Below are positions 8,601 through 17,376 of a DNA stretch of 64,000 bases, one piece after another (within the stretch, counting starts at the first letter, position 1; every line of letters starts with the position of its first letter). A model generated the notes under the pieces. That model did no database searches. It worked only from the letters and a program-made list of their open reading frames with translations, and had not been told where the DNA came from. This DNA comes from a virus, in the IMG/VR virus record IMGVR_UViG_2902405164_000001, positions 1,012 to 65,011 of that record; one strand, given 5' to 3'. The translations under genes were made by a program, and so were the position numbers.

Positions 8601-9017
8601 TCAGCGAGAGGGGAAAGCTGGGCCAAACCACTTTTCGAGGGGCTTTGATGCTCGGCGCTGGGGCTCAGCCTTCGCGAAGCCACGGCTCTGGATCTTCGGC
8701 TTCGTCGCAGTGGCAGTGATGCCGAGCTGAACCCGCTTGCGTCGCTTGGCCTGGGCAGCCGCCGAGTGGTCGGCCGCGTCCTTCACCCGCTTGCATGTCT
8801 CGTAGTGGGCTGGACCGCGATTGCCGGCCGTGTCGGAGCCGCCGTTCTCAAGCGCGATCTCGTGTTCCACGAACCAGCGTTGGCGGACGCCATCGATCCG
8901 CTCGCCGCAGGTGACGCAGACGCCCTTGGTGCGCTCCCAAGCGGCGAGAACGTCGCGGGGGCTAAGGCGTTTACGGGCGGTCGTGCCGACATCCTCGCAG
9001 ATGACGAAGGGCATCAC
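8601..9017 (-). CDS. HNH endonuclease-like protein
   Basis: CVTCG...VEHEIALENGGSD...NRGPAHYETC. Confidence 0.8.
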   Translation of the reverse strand: MMPFVICEDVGTTARKRLSPRDVLAAWERTKGVCVTCGERIDGVRQRWFVEHEIALENGGSDTAGNRGPAHYETCKRVKDAADHSAAAQAKRRKRVQLGITATATKPKIQSRGFAKAEPQRRASKPLEKWFGPAFPSR

Positions 9018-9274
9018 ATGCCCTCCTGAAAGCAGTGCCAGACGTATGGGCCATCCTGAACGCTGCCGACGTAGCGCCAGTTTTCAGGAATATCGTGCCC
9101 GGTGCCGACCACCTGGATGCGGCGCTCGACCTCTGGATGGCCCGGCTTGATCTTCATCCAGACGCGCGCTTGGTGGTCCTGCAGGCCGAAGAACAGCGCC
9201 TTACCGAGGCCGGGAGCCTTAAAGGTTATCGGCTCCAGAGAAGGCTTGACGTCGAATTTCCAGATCTGAGCCAT
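9014..9274 (-). CDS. Conserved small phage protein
   Basis: IWKF...VVGTGHDIP...YVGSVQ..YVWHCF pattern. Confidence 0.75.
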   Translation of the reverse strand: MAQIWKFDVKPSLEPITFKAPGLGKALFFGLQDHQARVWMKIKPGHPEVERRIQVVGTGHDIPENWRYVGSVQDGPYVWHCFQEGM

Positions 9275-9654
9275 TACGCGGCCCTCGCGATCTGCTGAGC
9301 AGCCGGCGCCTTGCCGATTGCATCGATGGCGAGCAGGGCAGCCCGAACCGCACGCTGCTCACCCCGTGCCTCATCGTCGCCGGGAAGCGGCTGGACGATC
9401 AGCCCGGCAATCATGGCGTGGATACTGTCGAGGCTCTTATTATAAGCAGTCTCGGCAATATCCGCCGCTTCAGCCGAGTCTTCGTCAGCTAATTCATCCG
9501 CATGGTCCTGGGCGGCGAAGACAGCTTCCGCCTCGCAGTCATGGTCGGAAAGTACACCGAACCTGACGTTGTGAAGAATGAAGCAAGGTTCGCGATACTC
9601 GTTGAGGCCTTCCTCGGCCCAATACCCGTCAGGGAACCGCATGGAGGCCATCAC
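9274..9654 (-). CDS. Hypothetical acidic protein
   Basis: Coupled ORF. Confidence 0.6.
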   Translation of the reverse strand: MMASMRFPDGYWAEEGLNEYREPCFILHNVRFGVLSDHDCEAEAVFAAQDHADELADEDSAEAADIAETAYNKSLDSIHAMIAGLIVQPLPGDDEARGEQRAVRAALLAIDAIGKAPAAQQIARAA

Positions 9655-9890
9655 AGCACCTCCCCGCGCTCGCTTATTTCACATTTGATGGCGTACAGAT
9701 CGGATGAGTCGTAAACTCTACCCTCAGTAGCCGTGCAACCGAATTTGCCACCCGTAAGTTGGGGGCAGTCGCGACGGTACTCGGCCAGAAGCCGGGCCGT
9801 ATCGACGGTAGCCCACACCCCGACGAGCGTCAGACAGGGGGCGATGATGCCGAGAGCGAGAATGATGTGGTCGGCGGGAGGCGGGGTCAT
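9651..9890 (-). CDS. Membrane protein, first gene of early-left operon (start MTPPPAD)
   Basis: Track start at 9950 runs through the operator, so start reassigned. Confidence 0.55.
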   Translation of the reverse strand: MTPPPADHIILALGIIAPCLTLVGVWATVDTARLLAEYRRDCPQLTGGKFGCTATEGRVYDSSDLYAIKCEISERGEVL

Positions 9891-9926
9891 CGGCTTCGCT
9901 CCAGGGCGGCTGCGATGACCCTTTCT

Positions 9927-9975
9927 AACAACGCTCCGTTTTAATGGCAAGCGCTAATTTGAACAGTGCGTTGTT
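9927..9975. promoter_or_regulatory. Left operator region (OL-like)
   Basis: AACG-CTC-CGTT at 9930-9940 within acaacgctccgttttaat (17/18 identical to 10652-10669); AACA-GTG-CGTT at 9962-9972. Confidence 0.75.
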
Positions 9976-10080
9976 TTCTCGGCTAAGGGCAAGCCCGGAG
10001 AACAAACCTGTTCATGGTTCGTTCTCCTATGTTGTGGTTGAAAAGCCGTCCGTGTTAGCGTCTGTCGAGAGGTAGCATCG

Positions 10081-10275
10081 ATGCCCGACAAGCGTAGCGA
10101 AGGAATTGAGGATCGCGAGCGCGCCCTCCGCATGCTCGCCATACAGCTCGTTGGCCAGCTACCCGCCGACCAGCGCGAGGCCAATTACACGCTGGAACTG
10201 GCGCGCGAGCTGCTGAATGGCTTCCTTCATAGGAAGTCGGAGGACGCTCGGCAGCCGCTTCGGTGCGTGACCTGA
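10081..10275 (+). CDS. Small hypothetical protein convergent with cI
   Basis: GAGG upstream; helical 64 aa. Confidence 0.6.
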   Translation: MPDKRSEGIEDRERALRMLAIQLVGQLPADQREANYTLELARELLNGFLHRKSEDARQPLRCVT

Positions 10276-10276
10276 C

Positions 10277-10591
10277 CTAGGCGGTCCTACGGGGCCTACC
10301 CCTGCGAGTCGGCTTCGCGTGCGACAGCTTCTCGGCCATATCGACCGTCAGCGTCCCTACGAGGCCGCGGTAGATCCAGTCGAGTGAAACGCCGTCCTTC
10401 TGTGCGACGGAGAGAGCGATCCGGTAGTCCAACGGGCGCTCGGCTCGCTCGTAGTTCGCCCAAGCCTGCTGGCTCTCCACGCCATGCCGCTCGGCCATTT
10501 GCCCCTGACTTAGGTCCAGGACTGTGCGCAGCAGCCGCAGGCGCTCGCCGATGGCGGACATGCTGTCAGCTTCATGCGTTTCGATCTGCAT
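10277..10591 (-). CDS. cI: CI-like XRE-family repressor (no peptidase domain)
   Basis: IGERLRLLRTVLDLSQGQMAERHGV...WANYERAER...VSLDWIYRG; divergent from cro. Confidence 0.85.
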   Translation of the reverse strand: MQIETHEADSMSAIGERLRLLRTVLDLSQGQMAERHGVESQQAWANYERAERPLDYRIALSVAQKDGVSLDWIYRGLVGTLTVDMAEKLSHAKPTRRGRPRRTA

Positions 10592-10605
10592 AGCGGATGT
10601 ATGCC

Positions 10606-10671
10606 AAAACGATCCGTTGTGCGCTAACGACGCATTGGGGTATTGACTATCACAACGCACCGTTTTAATTC
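10606..10671. promoter_or_regulatory. Right operator/promoter region (OR, PR-like)
   Basis: AACG-N3-CGTT at 10608-18 and 10654-64, degenerate copy 10626-36; TTGACT 10643-48 and TTAATT 10665-70. Confidence 0.8.
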
Positions 10672-10678
10672 GGTGTGT

Positions 10679-10924
10679 ATGGCTCACCTCGCGACAGTCC
10701 CCGAAGTCATCGAAGCGCTCGGCGGACGCGTGAAGGTCCAGGAGCTTTTCAGCGCCTCTCAGCAGAGGGTCTTCAACTGGATCGCGCGGGGCACATTCCC
10801 GCCGGCCACGTTCGAGCCGATCACGGCTGCCGTCGAAGCTCTCGGTCATACCGTTTCGCCGATGCTCTGGAAGTCAGTTCCGGTGTCGGTCGTCATCGCC
10901 TCTCGCTCGGGAGCGGCAGCGTGA
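10679..10924 (+). CDS. cro: Cro-like HTH protein
   Basis: VIEALGGRVKVQELFSASQQRVFNWIARGTFP; divergent from cI. Confidence 0.85.
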   Translation: MAHLATVPEVIEALGGRVKVQELFSASQQRVFNWIARGTFPPATFEPITAAVEALGHTVSPMLWKSVPVSVVIASRSGAAA

Positions 10925-11415
10925 TGAGCGTTCGCCTGAAGCTTTCCGACGGCACGTTTGCAACCATTGATGAGTGTGACGAGGCGGCCGTGAGCCACAT
11001 CGTCTGGCGCCGTGAAGCCATAAAGCGCGCATCCGGCGGTTTTTATATCTACGGCCGATGCCCGGTGAAGAGAGACAAGGTTTACTTGCACCGCTTCTTG
11101 CTTAACGCGAAGAGAGGCGAGTACGTTGACCACGTCAATGGCGACGGAACCGACAATCGTCGGTCCAACATACGACTTTGTTCTCCTTCGGAGAATAATG
11201 CGAACAGAGCCGCCAAACCAAACAAATGGGGCTTCCGCGGCGTGTTCTGGTGCAATGAGCATCGGAAGTTCCGCGGCCGAGTGATGTTCGAAGGTAGAAC
11301 TTATCAGACTGCGTGGTTTCCTGCGGCGGCTGAGGCCGCGAAGGCACGAGACCGTCTCGCGTCGGATATCCATCGTCAATTTGCCGTCCTCAATTTTCGC
11401 GAGAAACGCGCATGA
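10924..11415 (+). CDS. HNH-AP2 homing-type endonuclease
   Basis: YLHRFLL...VDHVNGDGTDNRRSNIR; C-terminal FRGV...AAEAAKARD...FAVLNF. Confidence 0.9.
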   Translation: MSVRLKLSDGTFATIDECDEAAVSHIVWRREAIKRASGGFYIYGRCPVKRDKVYLHRFLLNAKRGEYVDHVNGDGTDNRRSNIRLCSPSENNANRAAKPNKWGFRGVFWCNEHRKFRGRVMFEGRTYQTAWFPAAAEAAKARDRLASDIHRQFAVLNFREKRA

Positions 11416-11588
11416 CTTGGCTAGTCCTCACCTTCATCGGCTGCTGGTGCCTCGCATCGGCTTTGACTGCCACGGCTTACGTCGTGAAGCGCAGGTACTC
11501 GGCTGGCTTAGCCGCCGGCTCTGATCTCTTCTTCAGCTTCGCCAGCATTGGCCTGCTGTTCCTTCTCCTTGCTGAGAGGGTCGGGTGA
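11412..11588 (+). CDS. Small two-helix membrane protein (not in track)
   Basis: Manual translation, 58 aa; overlap-coupled on both sides. Confidence 0.6.
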   Translation: MTWLVLTFIGCWCLASALTATAYVVKRRYSAGLAAGSDLFFSFASIGLLFLLLAERVG

Positions 11589-11881
11589 TGGCTGACGCGA
11601 TCAACGACGCTGGCGCAGACCAGCAAGTCGGCTCCTACGTCGACCGCATCTTGCGCCTTCGGCAGGAAGCCGACGAGCGCATGCAGGACGTGTCTGAGGT
11701 CTACAAAGAAGCCCATGGACTGGGCTTCGACAAGGCTGCCATTCGAGGCCTCGTCAATGAGCAGCGGAAACTCGCCAAGGACCCGACCGCGGCCCGTGAG
11801 GCCGAGGAGGTCCTTGAGACCTATCGGGCCGCTTATCAGCGCTACCTCTCGCATGCGTATACGCGCGAGGCGGCTGAGTGA
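11588..11881 (+). CDS. GapR/DUF2312-like nucleoid-associated protein
   Basis: SYVDRILRLRQE...DVSEVYKEAHGLGFDKAAIRGLV...LETY. Confidence 0.85.
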   Translation: MADAINDAGADQQVGSYVDRILRLRQEADERMQDVSEVYKEAHGLGFDKAAIRGLVNEQRKLAKDPTAAREAEEVLETYRAAYQRYLSHAYTREAAE

Positions 11882-12444
11882 TGAACTGGTCGCCCTCCGA
11901 TATCGCCGAAGCGCAGGCCCTTTACGACGAGGGCTACAACCCGACACGGGTCGCTGAGAAGTTCCGCCGGTTCGGCCGTGCGCCGGGCCTCAAGGGCTCT
12001 GACGTCGCCAAGATGATCAACACCCATCGGTCCGTAGTTCCGGGCTCCGTGGCTCTGCGCGCTCAGATCCGCCGCATCCGCGAGACCGAGTGGGTGTCCT
12101 ACCCGATCATCGCCGAGCGTCTGGGCACCTCGGTCAACATCGTCGAGCGCGCCTGCTTTGGCTTGCGTCCTCCGAAGGGCGTCAAGGTGAAGACGACCCG
12201 AGGCGAGGCCGCGTTCCAGGGCCAGCGCAACGATCTGGAGAACGATCGCCTTATCCGGTTCAAGACGTGGGAGCCTGTCGAGGTCCCCGCCTGGGTGCCG
12301 GATCATCTGTTCGAACTTTACGAGCACACGGCGCGCACGCAGGACGAGCACGTTGCGGCTCGGATCGTCCGGGATCTGAAGCGCGGCAACTCTGTCGCCT
12401 TCGCGGCCGCCTCTGCGCAGCGCGCTACTCATGGGGCGGCTTAG
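11878..12444 (+). CDS. HTH protein with GcrA-like N-terminus
   Basis: NWSPSDIAEAQALYDEGYNPTRVAEKF; second HTH SYPIIAERLG. Confidence 0.5.
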   Translation: MMNWSPSDIAEAQALYDEGYNPTRVAEKFRRFGRAPGLKGSDVAKMINTHRSVVPGSVALRAQIRRIRETEWVSYPIIAERLGTSVNIVERACFGLRPPKGVKVKTTRGEAAFQGQRNDLENDRLIRFKTWEPVEVPAWVPDHLFELYEHTARTQDEHVAARIVRDLKRGNSVAFAAASAQRATHGAA

Positions 12445-12445
12445 C

Positions 12446-12679
12446 ATGTCCGCACTCACCGACGCGGCTGACACGACTTTTAAGCACGTCCTGGAGACGG
12501 CGGATGGCGGTCAGGTCCGCTTCATCGCCGCTCACGGCCGGATCTACGTCGTCAAGCTCGGCAACCGGGGCCGCCACTACGTCAGCACCGCCATTCCCGT
12601 TCAGCGCGCTCGCCTCCTCGCCCGCCGTCTCGATGAGCTGTGCGCGGTGACTGAAGCCAACGGATCGGAGATCGGCTGA
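12446..12679 (+). CDS. Hypothetical protein
   Basis: Coupled ORF. Confidence 0.6.
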   Translation: MSALTDAADTTFKHVLETADGGQVRFIAAHGRIYVVKLGNRGRHYVSTAIPVQRARLLARRLDELCAVTEANGSEIG

Positions 12680-13222
12680 ATGTCTGGCTTCCGCACCTTT
12701 GAGACCAGCCGCGTGAGCTTCGGCGACAATCGCCCAAAGGCGCCGGTCGTCGATATCGCCCTGGTGCGCGGTCCTCATCTGAATGCCGCCACCAAGCTGG
12801 GACGCCCGATCCAGGCGCCCGCTGCGAAGCCTTGGCCGGAGCCGAAGATAAGCGAGAAGGGCTTCATCCCGCCGAAGCCCGTTCGCCCGGAAGACATCGA
12901 GCAAAGCCCGACGCGCACCGCTCGTCACCTGATGGAGATCTGCTCCAGTGCGACGGGGGTGGCGGTGTTCGACATCAAATCCGAGCGTCGGGACCCCAGC
13001 ACCGTCAAGGCGCGTCAGATCTTCTGCTGGCTCGCTATTCGGTTCTCCGATCTCAGCCTCACCCGGACGGGCAACCTCGTCGGTGGCAGAGACCATTCCA
13101 CGGTTCGTCACAACGAATGCCGTGTGCAGTCGGTGATTAAGCGACTGAATATCGAGCCCAGCGACTGCCCGATTGCGATGGCGCAGAGGCTTTGGGCGGC
13201 GAAATGGCCGGGGAGGCACTGA
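12680..13222 (+). CDS. Protein with DnaA domain IV-like HTH
   Basis: IKSERR...VKARQIFCWLAIRFSDLSLTRTGNLVGGRDHSTVRH. Confidence 0.85.
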   Translation: MSGFRTFETSRVSFGDNRPKAPVVDIALVRGPHLNAATKLGRPIQAPAAKPWPEPKISEKGFIPPKPVRPEDIEQSPTRTARHLMEICSSATGVAVFDIKSERRDPSTVKARQIFCWLAIRFSDLSLTRTGNLVGGRDHSTVRHNECRVQSVIKRLNIEPSDCPIAMAQRLWAAKWPGRH

Positions 13223-13223
13223 C

Positions 13224-13859
13224 ATGCTTGCTCCGTCACCGTTATTTGCTCTGGAAAGCGTTCCCGCTCGCAGTCGCCGCTATGGCGATGTCCTCACCCG
13301 GCTCGTCGCCGAGGGCGTCGCGGCGGGTATGACTGCCCGTGGGATGGCAGAGGAGTTTCGAACCAGCACTGACGCTGTTCGGCACAGGGTTGCTCTTCTC
13401 GGGCTTCGCAAAGCGCTGAGCCCCGGCGTTTTCCGCGCTGGAACCGCTCTCGATGCTGAGATCACGCGGCGGTTTAACGACTGGCAACAGATCAAAGATA
13501 TCGCCATAGCGATCGATGTCTGTCCTGAGACCGTTAGGCGTCGCATCCGGGCACTTGCGCTGGTTCGCCCGGAGCGCATTCGAGCACCGTCGCATCGGCC
13601 ACGTCTGAGGTCGGCTCTTGCGACTATCGATGCCGGCCGGAGATCTGCGGAGCTTCGGAAGGTTCGGTTCGGCCTTCGCTCGCCGCGTCGTGCCGTTGAG
13701 GCGGTCTCTGAGATCTGCCCGCGCACCGCGTGGCCGGTGGTCGTCCCCGCCATGTTCAATGCGGGTCTCACGCTTGAAGAGATCGAACTGGCGACCGGGC
13801 TCTCTCCTGCGGCCTCTGCCAGCCTTATCCGGACGAAGGCGCTTCTGCCATGTGCTTGA
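13224..13859 (+). CDS. Multi-HTH hypothetical protein
   Basis: Repeated helix-turn-helix-like segments. Confidence 0.6.
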   Translation: MLAPSPLFALESVPARSRRYGDVLTRLVAEGVAAGMTARGMAEEFRTSTDAVRHRVALLGLRKALSPGVFRAGTALDAEITRRFNDWQQIKDIAIAIDVCPETVRRRIRALALVRPERIRAPSHRPRLRSALATIDAGRRSAELRKVRFGLRSPRRAVEAVSEICPRTAWPVVVPAMFNAGLTLEEIELATGLSPAASASLIRTKALLPCA

Positions 13860-13864
13860 GGCCG

Positions 13865-14131
13865 TCATCCTTCCGTCCCGCCGTTTCCGCCAATCGCGGT
13901 TGGGCGGAGGCGCCCCGCGGTCGTCCGAACACTTCGGCCGCGTGGGCTGCCATCACCATTGCGCTCGATCGGGTTGCCGCCCTTTCGATCGCGTTCCTCA
14001 AGGACTGCGCGAAGGCTTGCCGGCCTGTAGCGCTTTCCTTCGATCCGAAGCGCGTCGAGGTAGTCATCCCAAGACGGCGCGCTGTCACTCGCATTCTGTG
14101 TGCGTACCCCCTTCCCATCCAGGTCGGCCAT
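13865..14131 (-). CDS. Possible antisense gene inside early-right operon
   Basis: GGAGG upstream of ATG 14131; fills the gap between forward genes. Confidence 0.4.
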   Translation of the reverse strand: MADLDGKGVRTQNASDSAPSWDDYLDALRIEGKRYRPASLRAVLEERDRKGGNPIERNGDGSPRGRSVRTTAGRLRPTAIGGNGGTEG

Positions 14132-14210
14132 CTGCGGCTCCTCCGTGTCGAGAACCCTTCTCACACGGAGATCAGTCTTGCGGCGGACAGCCTGTGTTCG
14201 GAAACGGACA

Positions 14211-14615
14211 ATGCAAAGCGCAGCTAGCGTCACCTTCCCGATCCTCGGCGCGCTCGTTGAGCGTGCGTCGAGGCGCGCGGGTTCGCGAATGGTCGCCTAC
14301 GACGACGTAGGTCGCGCCATCGGCGAGAGCGGATCTTGGGTCCGCAAGTTCCTCGGCCGCCACGCCGTCAGGCTGGATGCCGACACGTACCTAGCAATTC
14401 GGGCCGCCTACGACCGCGAGTGCGCGCGGATTGAGGCAGAGGCTGAACTGGAGCGGGCGCGGTTTTTCGCGCTGGGAGGGAGGCTCGATGCGATGGCTTC
14501 AAGCGAAGCTAAGCCGCGCCGGATGGCGGCGAGCAGCACGGTTACAGGCGCAGGGACGACCTCTGCCGTGGTGGCTTCGGAAATGGCTGAGATGGTGGGC
14601 GAGGACCGGCAATGA
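14211..14615 (+). CDS. CII-like/HTH phage regulator
   Basis: AYDDVGRAIGESGSWVRKFLGR then coiled coil; start uncertain. Confidence 0.55.
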   Translation: MQSAASVTFPILGALVERASRRAGSRMVAYDDVGRAIGESGSWVRKFLGRHAVRLDADTYLAIRAAYDRECARIEAEAELERARFFALGGRLDAMASSEAKPRRMAASSTVTGAGTTSAVVASEMAEMVGEDRQ

Positions 14616-14968
14616 CTGATGCCCGCGCCTACGGGTTGACGACCCGAGCCCGAGAGTTGCTGGCGGTCCTCCGCGAATGGATCCTCGTTCGCGGAGTGAC
14701 ACCCACCTATGCCGAGCTTGCTGAAGAGGTCGGGCTGAACAGCAAGTCCGGCGTGCATCGGCTGATCTCCCAGTTAGAGGCGCGCGGCTTGGTCCGGCGA
14801 CTGCCCGACAAGTGGCAGTCCATCACGCTCGTTGAGCCTCACACCATAGCTCTGCCGGAAGACGTGGCGTTTGCCCTGCGCCACGCCGCGCGCGCTGCCG
14901 GCCGGACGCCCGAAGAGCATGTCGCTGCGCTCGTTCGGCACCACTGCCCCGCGCCCAGCCCCTTCTAA
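14612..14968 (+). CDS. LexA N-terminal-like DNA-binding protein (no peptidase)
   Basis: LTTRARELL...PTYAELAEEVGLNSKSGVHRLISQLEARGLVRR. Confidence 0.85.
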   Translation: MTDARAYGLTTRARELLAVLREWILVRGVTPTYAELAEEVGLNSKSGVHRLISQLEARGLVRRLPDKWQSITLVEPHTIALPEDVAFALRHAARAAGRTPEEHVAALVRHHCPAPSPF

Positions 14969-14990
14969 CCCTCACAGCACGAGGCCAGCC

Positions 14991-16013
14991 GTGAAGAACG
15001 ATTGCTTAGACGCTGTCACGGCCGTGCTGGACGAGCTTGGCATTGCCTACGCGGTCGGCCGCGGTGGGAAGCATCACCGTATCGACTTCGAAGTGAACGG
15101 CCGCCGCTGCCGCACTACCGCGCCTGTGACGCCGAGTGACCACCGGGCGGCTCTGAACGGCGCCTCGCAGGTCAGACGGATCATCCGCCAAGCCCAGGAA
15201 GAGACCGCCGCTGATCAGGAGGCCCCGATGACCGTTGCCCAGCCCGCCGGCCCCGCGCTCGCGCTCTTCTTCGAGAACGCACCCATCCGCGTCATCGACA
15301 TTGATGGCAGCATGTTCTTCGTCGGCAAGGATGTCGCCGAGCAGCTTGGATATACCAATCCCAGCAAGGCCATGGCTGACCACTGCAAGGGGGTAACGAA
15401 ACGGTACCCCCTTTCGACCTCCGGCGGCGTTCAGGAGGTCCGGGTTTTGTCTGAGCCCGATGTGCTTCGGCTCATCGTGAAGAGCAATCTCCCGGCTGCC
15501 CTGCGGTTTGAGCGTTGGGTCTTTGAGGAGGTGCTGCCGACGATCCGCAAGCACGGCGCTTACGCCTCCGATCCCGCGCTGATGCGGCAGATTGAGGAGC
15601 TGTCGGCCAAGCTCGCCAACGTCGAGGCTGCCGCAGATTTGGCGCTGGAGGCTGCCGGCCGGATCGAGATGGGCAAGCTCGCCCCGACCGTCGATCTCGC
15701 CTCCACGGTCACCTCTGACGATCTGATTAGCCTCGCAGGCATCAAGCCCGGCCAGCGCGTCCGTGGCACCTCGGCCTTCGTTACTGGCCGCGTCCTCACC
15801 TTCACCGCCGGCCACGGCTGCTTCAAGACGCCCGCTCACCTCAACCCGTCGATGCCCTGGCGCTTCCCGCGTGAGAAGGGGACGGAGTGGCTGTTCGGCG
15901 CGCAGCTCGGCGCGGAGCAGATCCGCAATCAGATTGATCGGCAGCGCCGCAAGAAGGCTCAGCGCACGCGCCCGTCACATCAAGGGCACCTGTCGCTGGT
16001 GGGGGCGCCCTGA
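14991..16013 (+). CDS. BRO-N antirepressor with HicA-like N-terminal domain
   Basis: GKHHRI...TPSDHRA then FVGKDVAEQLGY...RFERWVFEEVLPTIRKHGAY. Confidence 0.85.
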   Translation: MKNDCLDAVTAVLDELGIAYAVGRGGKHHRIDFEVNGRRCRTTAPVTPSDHRAALNGASQVRRIIRQAQEETAADQEAPMTVAQPAGPALALFFENAPIRVIDIDGSMFFVGKDVAEQLGYTNPSKAMADHCKGVTKRYPLSTSGGVQEVRVLSEPDVLRLIVKSNLPAALRFERWVFEEVLPTIRKHGAYASDPALMRQIEELSAKLANVEAAADLALEAAGRIEMGKLAPTVDLASTVTSDDLISLAGIKPGQRVRGTSAFVTGRVLTFTAGHGCFKTPAHLNPSMPWRFPREKGTEWLFGAQLGAEQIRNQIDRQRRKKAQRTRPSHQGHLSLVGAP

Positions 16014-16462
16014 TGCCGGTGCCCTCCATCGCACAGCAGATCATGACCGGCCGCAAGCGTCGCGCCTCGCGTCGCTCTGTGGCCGAGGACACGGTGCATG
16101 AAGCCATCCTGTCGTACCTGCGCTGGTCGCTGCCGCGCGGCGCCGCAGCGAACCTGCACCACGCTCGCAATGAAGGGGCGCTGCGCTCTGAGCGCATCCG
16201 CTCGGCAGCCCTTGGTACGAAGCCCGGCTGGCCTGACATCGAATGGTTCGGGCGGATGGACGATGACCGCCCGTACTCGGCCTTCATAGAGGTCAAGGCG
16301 CCCGGCGAAGATCCCGAGCCGCATCAGGAGCGCTGCCACGATGCGCTTGCCGATGCTGGATGCTTTGTCGGCGTCGCCCGCAGCATTGAGGAAGCGCGCG
16401 AGCTGATCGCATCTTGGCGTCTTCCCTCCAACGACAGCCTCATTGTCCGGAGGGAGGCATGA
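16013..16462 (+). CDS. VRR-NUC (PD-(D/E)xK) nuclease
   Basis: GTKPGWPDI...FIEVKAP...Q. Confidence 0.85.
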   Translation: MPVPSIAQQIMTGRKRRASRRSVAEDTVHEAILSYLRWSLPRGAAANLHHARNEGALRSERIRSAALGTKPGWPDIEWFGRMDDDRPYSAFIEVKAPGEDPEPHQERCHDALADAGCFVGVARSIEEARELIASWRLPSNDSLIVRREA

Positions 16463-17376
16463 GCGTGCGCATCCTCACGGGCGACTGCCGCGACGTGCTT
16501 CGTTCACTGCCGGACGAGAGCGTCAACTGCTGCGTGACGAGCCCGCCGTACTTCGGGCTGCGTGACTATGGCGTTGACGGCCAGATCGGGCTTGAGCAGA
16601 CGCCTGAGGCGTTCGTTGCCGAGATGGTGGCGGTTTTCCGCGAAGTGCGGCGCGTGCTCCGGAAGGATGGCACACTTTGGCTGAACATCGGCGACAGCTA
16701 CGCCGCCAATCGATCCTACCAGGTCCCGCAGTCTAAGCATCAGGCGCTCGATTTCGGAAAGAGTAATGCGCAGCGGGTGCCTGCCGGACTGAAGGCTAAG
16801 GACCGGATGATGGTCCCGGCTCGTGTCGCGCTGGGCCTACAAGCGGACGGCTGGTGGATCCGCGACGAGATCATCTGGCACAAGCCAAACGTGATGCCGT
16901 CGAGCGTCGAGGATCGCACGACGCCTTCGCATGAGATGGTCTACATGCTGACGCGCTCGGCGCGTTACGCCTACGATCTTGATGCGATCAAAGAGCCTGC
17001 TGTTTGCGAACACCCATCCGGCAATGGGTACGCCCGGCCGGAGCAGGTTGTCAGAGGTGGTCGAGGCGCCGCCAAGGGCTGGATGCCGACAGAGTTGCGG
17101 CAGCCGCGGTCGGTCTGGAGCATCTGCACGCAGCCATACGGCGAAGCGCACTTCGCGACCATGGCGCCCGATCTGGTTGAGAAATGCATCAAGGCGGGCT
17201 GCCCGGCTGGCGGCACGGTTCTGGATCCCTTCGGCGGCGCCGGCACAACTGGCCTCGTTGCCGATCGCCTCGGACGCGATGCCATCCTGATCGAACTGAA
17301 CCCCGCCTACGCGACGATGGCCCGTGACCGCCTCGCGCGTGACGGCGGCATGTTCGCCTCCGTGGCTGCGGAGTGA
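16459..17376 (+). CDS. Orphan N4-cytosine/N6-adenine DNA methyltransferase
   Basis: CCVTSPPY and VLDPFGGAGTTG motifs. Confidence 0.95.
   Translation: MSVRILTGDCRDVLRSLPDESVNCCVTSPPYFGLRDYGVDGQIGLEQTPEAFVAEMVAVFREVRRVLRKDGTLWLNIGDSYAANRSYQVPQSKHQALDFGKSNAQRVPAGLKAKDRMMVPARVALGLQADGWWIRDEIIWHKPNVMPSSVEDRTTPSHEMVYMLTRSARYAYDLDAIKEPAVCEHPSGNGYARPEQVVRGGRGAAKGWMPTELRQPRSVWSICTQPYGEAHFATMAPDLVEKCIKAGCPAGGTVLDPFGGAGTTGLVADRLGRDAILIELNPAYATMARDRLARDGGMFASVAAE

Noticed and set aside
10592-10849. 190-aa version of the repressor in the ORF track
   Set aside because: The extension runs through the operators and antisense to cro; the HTH begins after 10591
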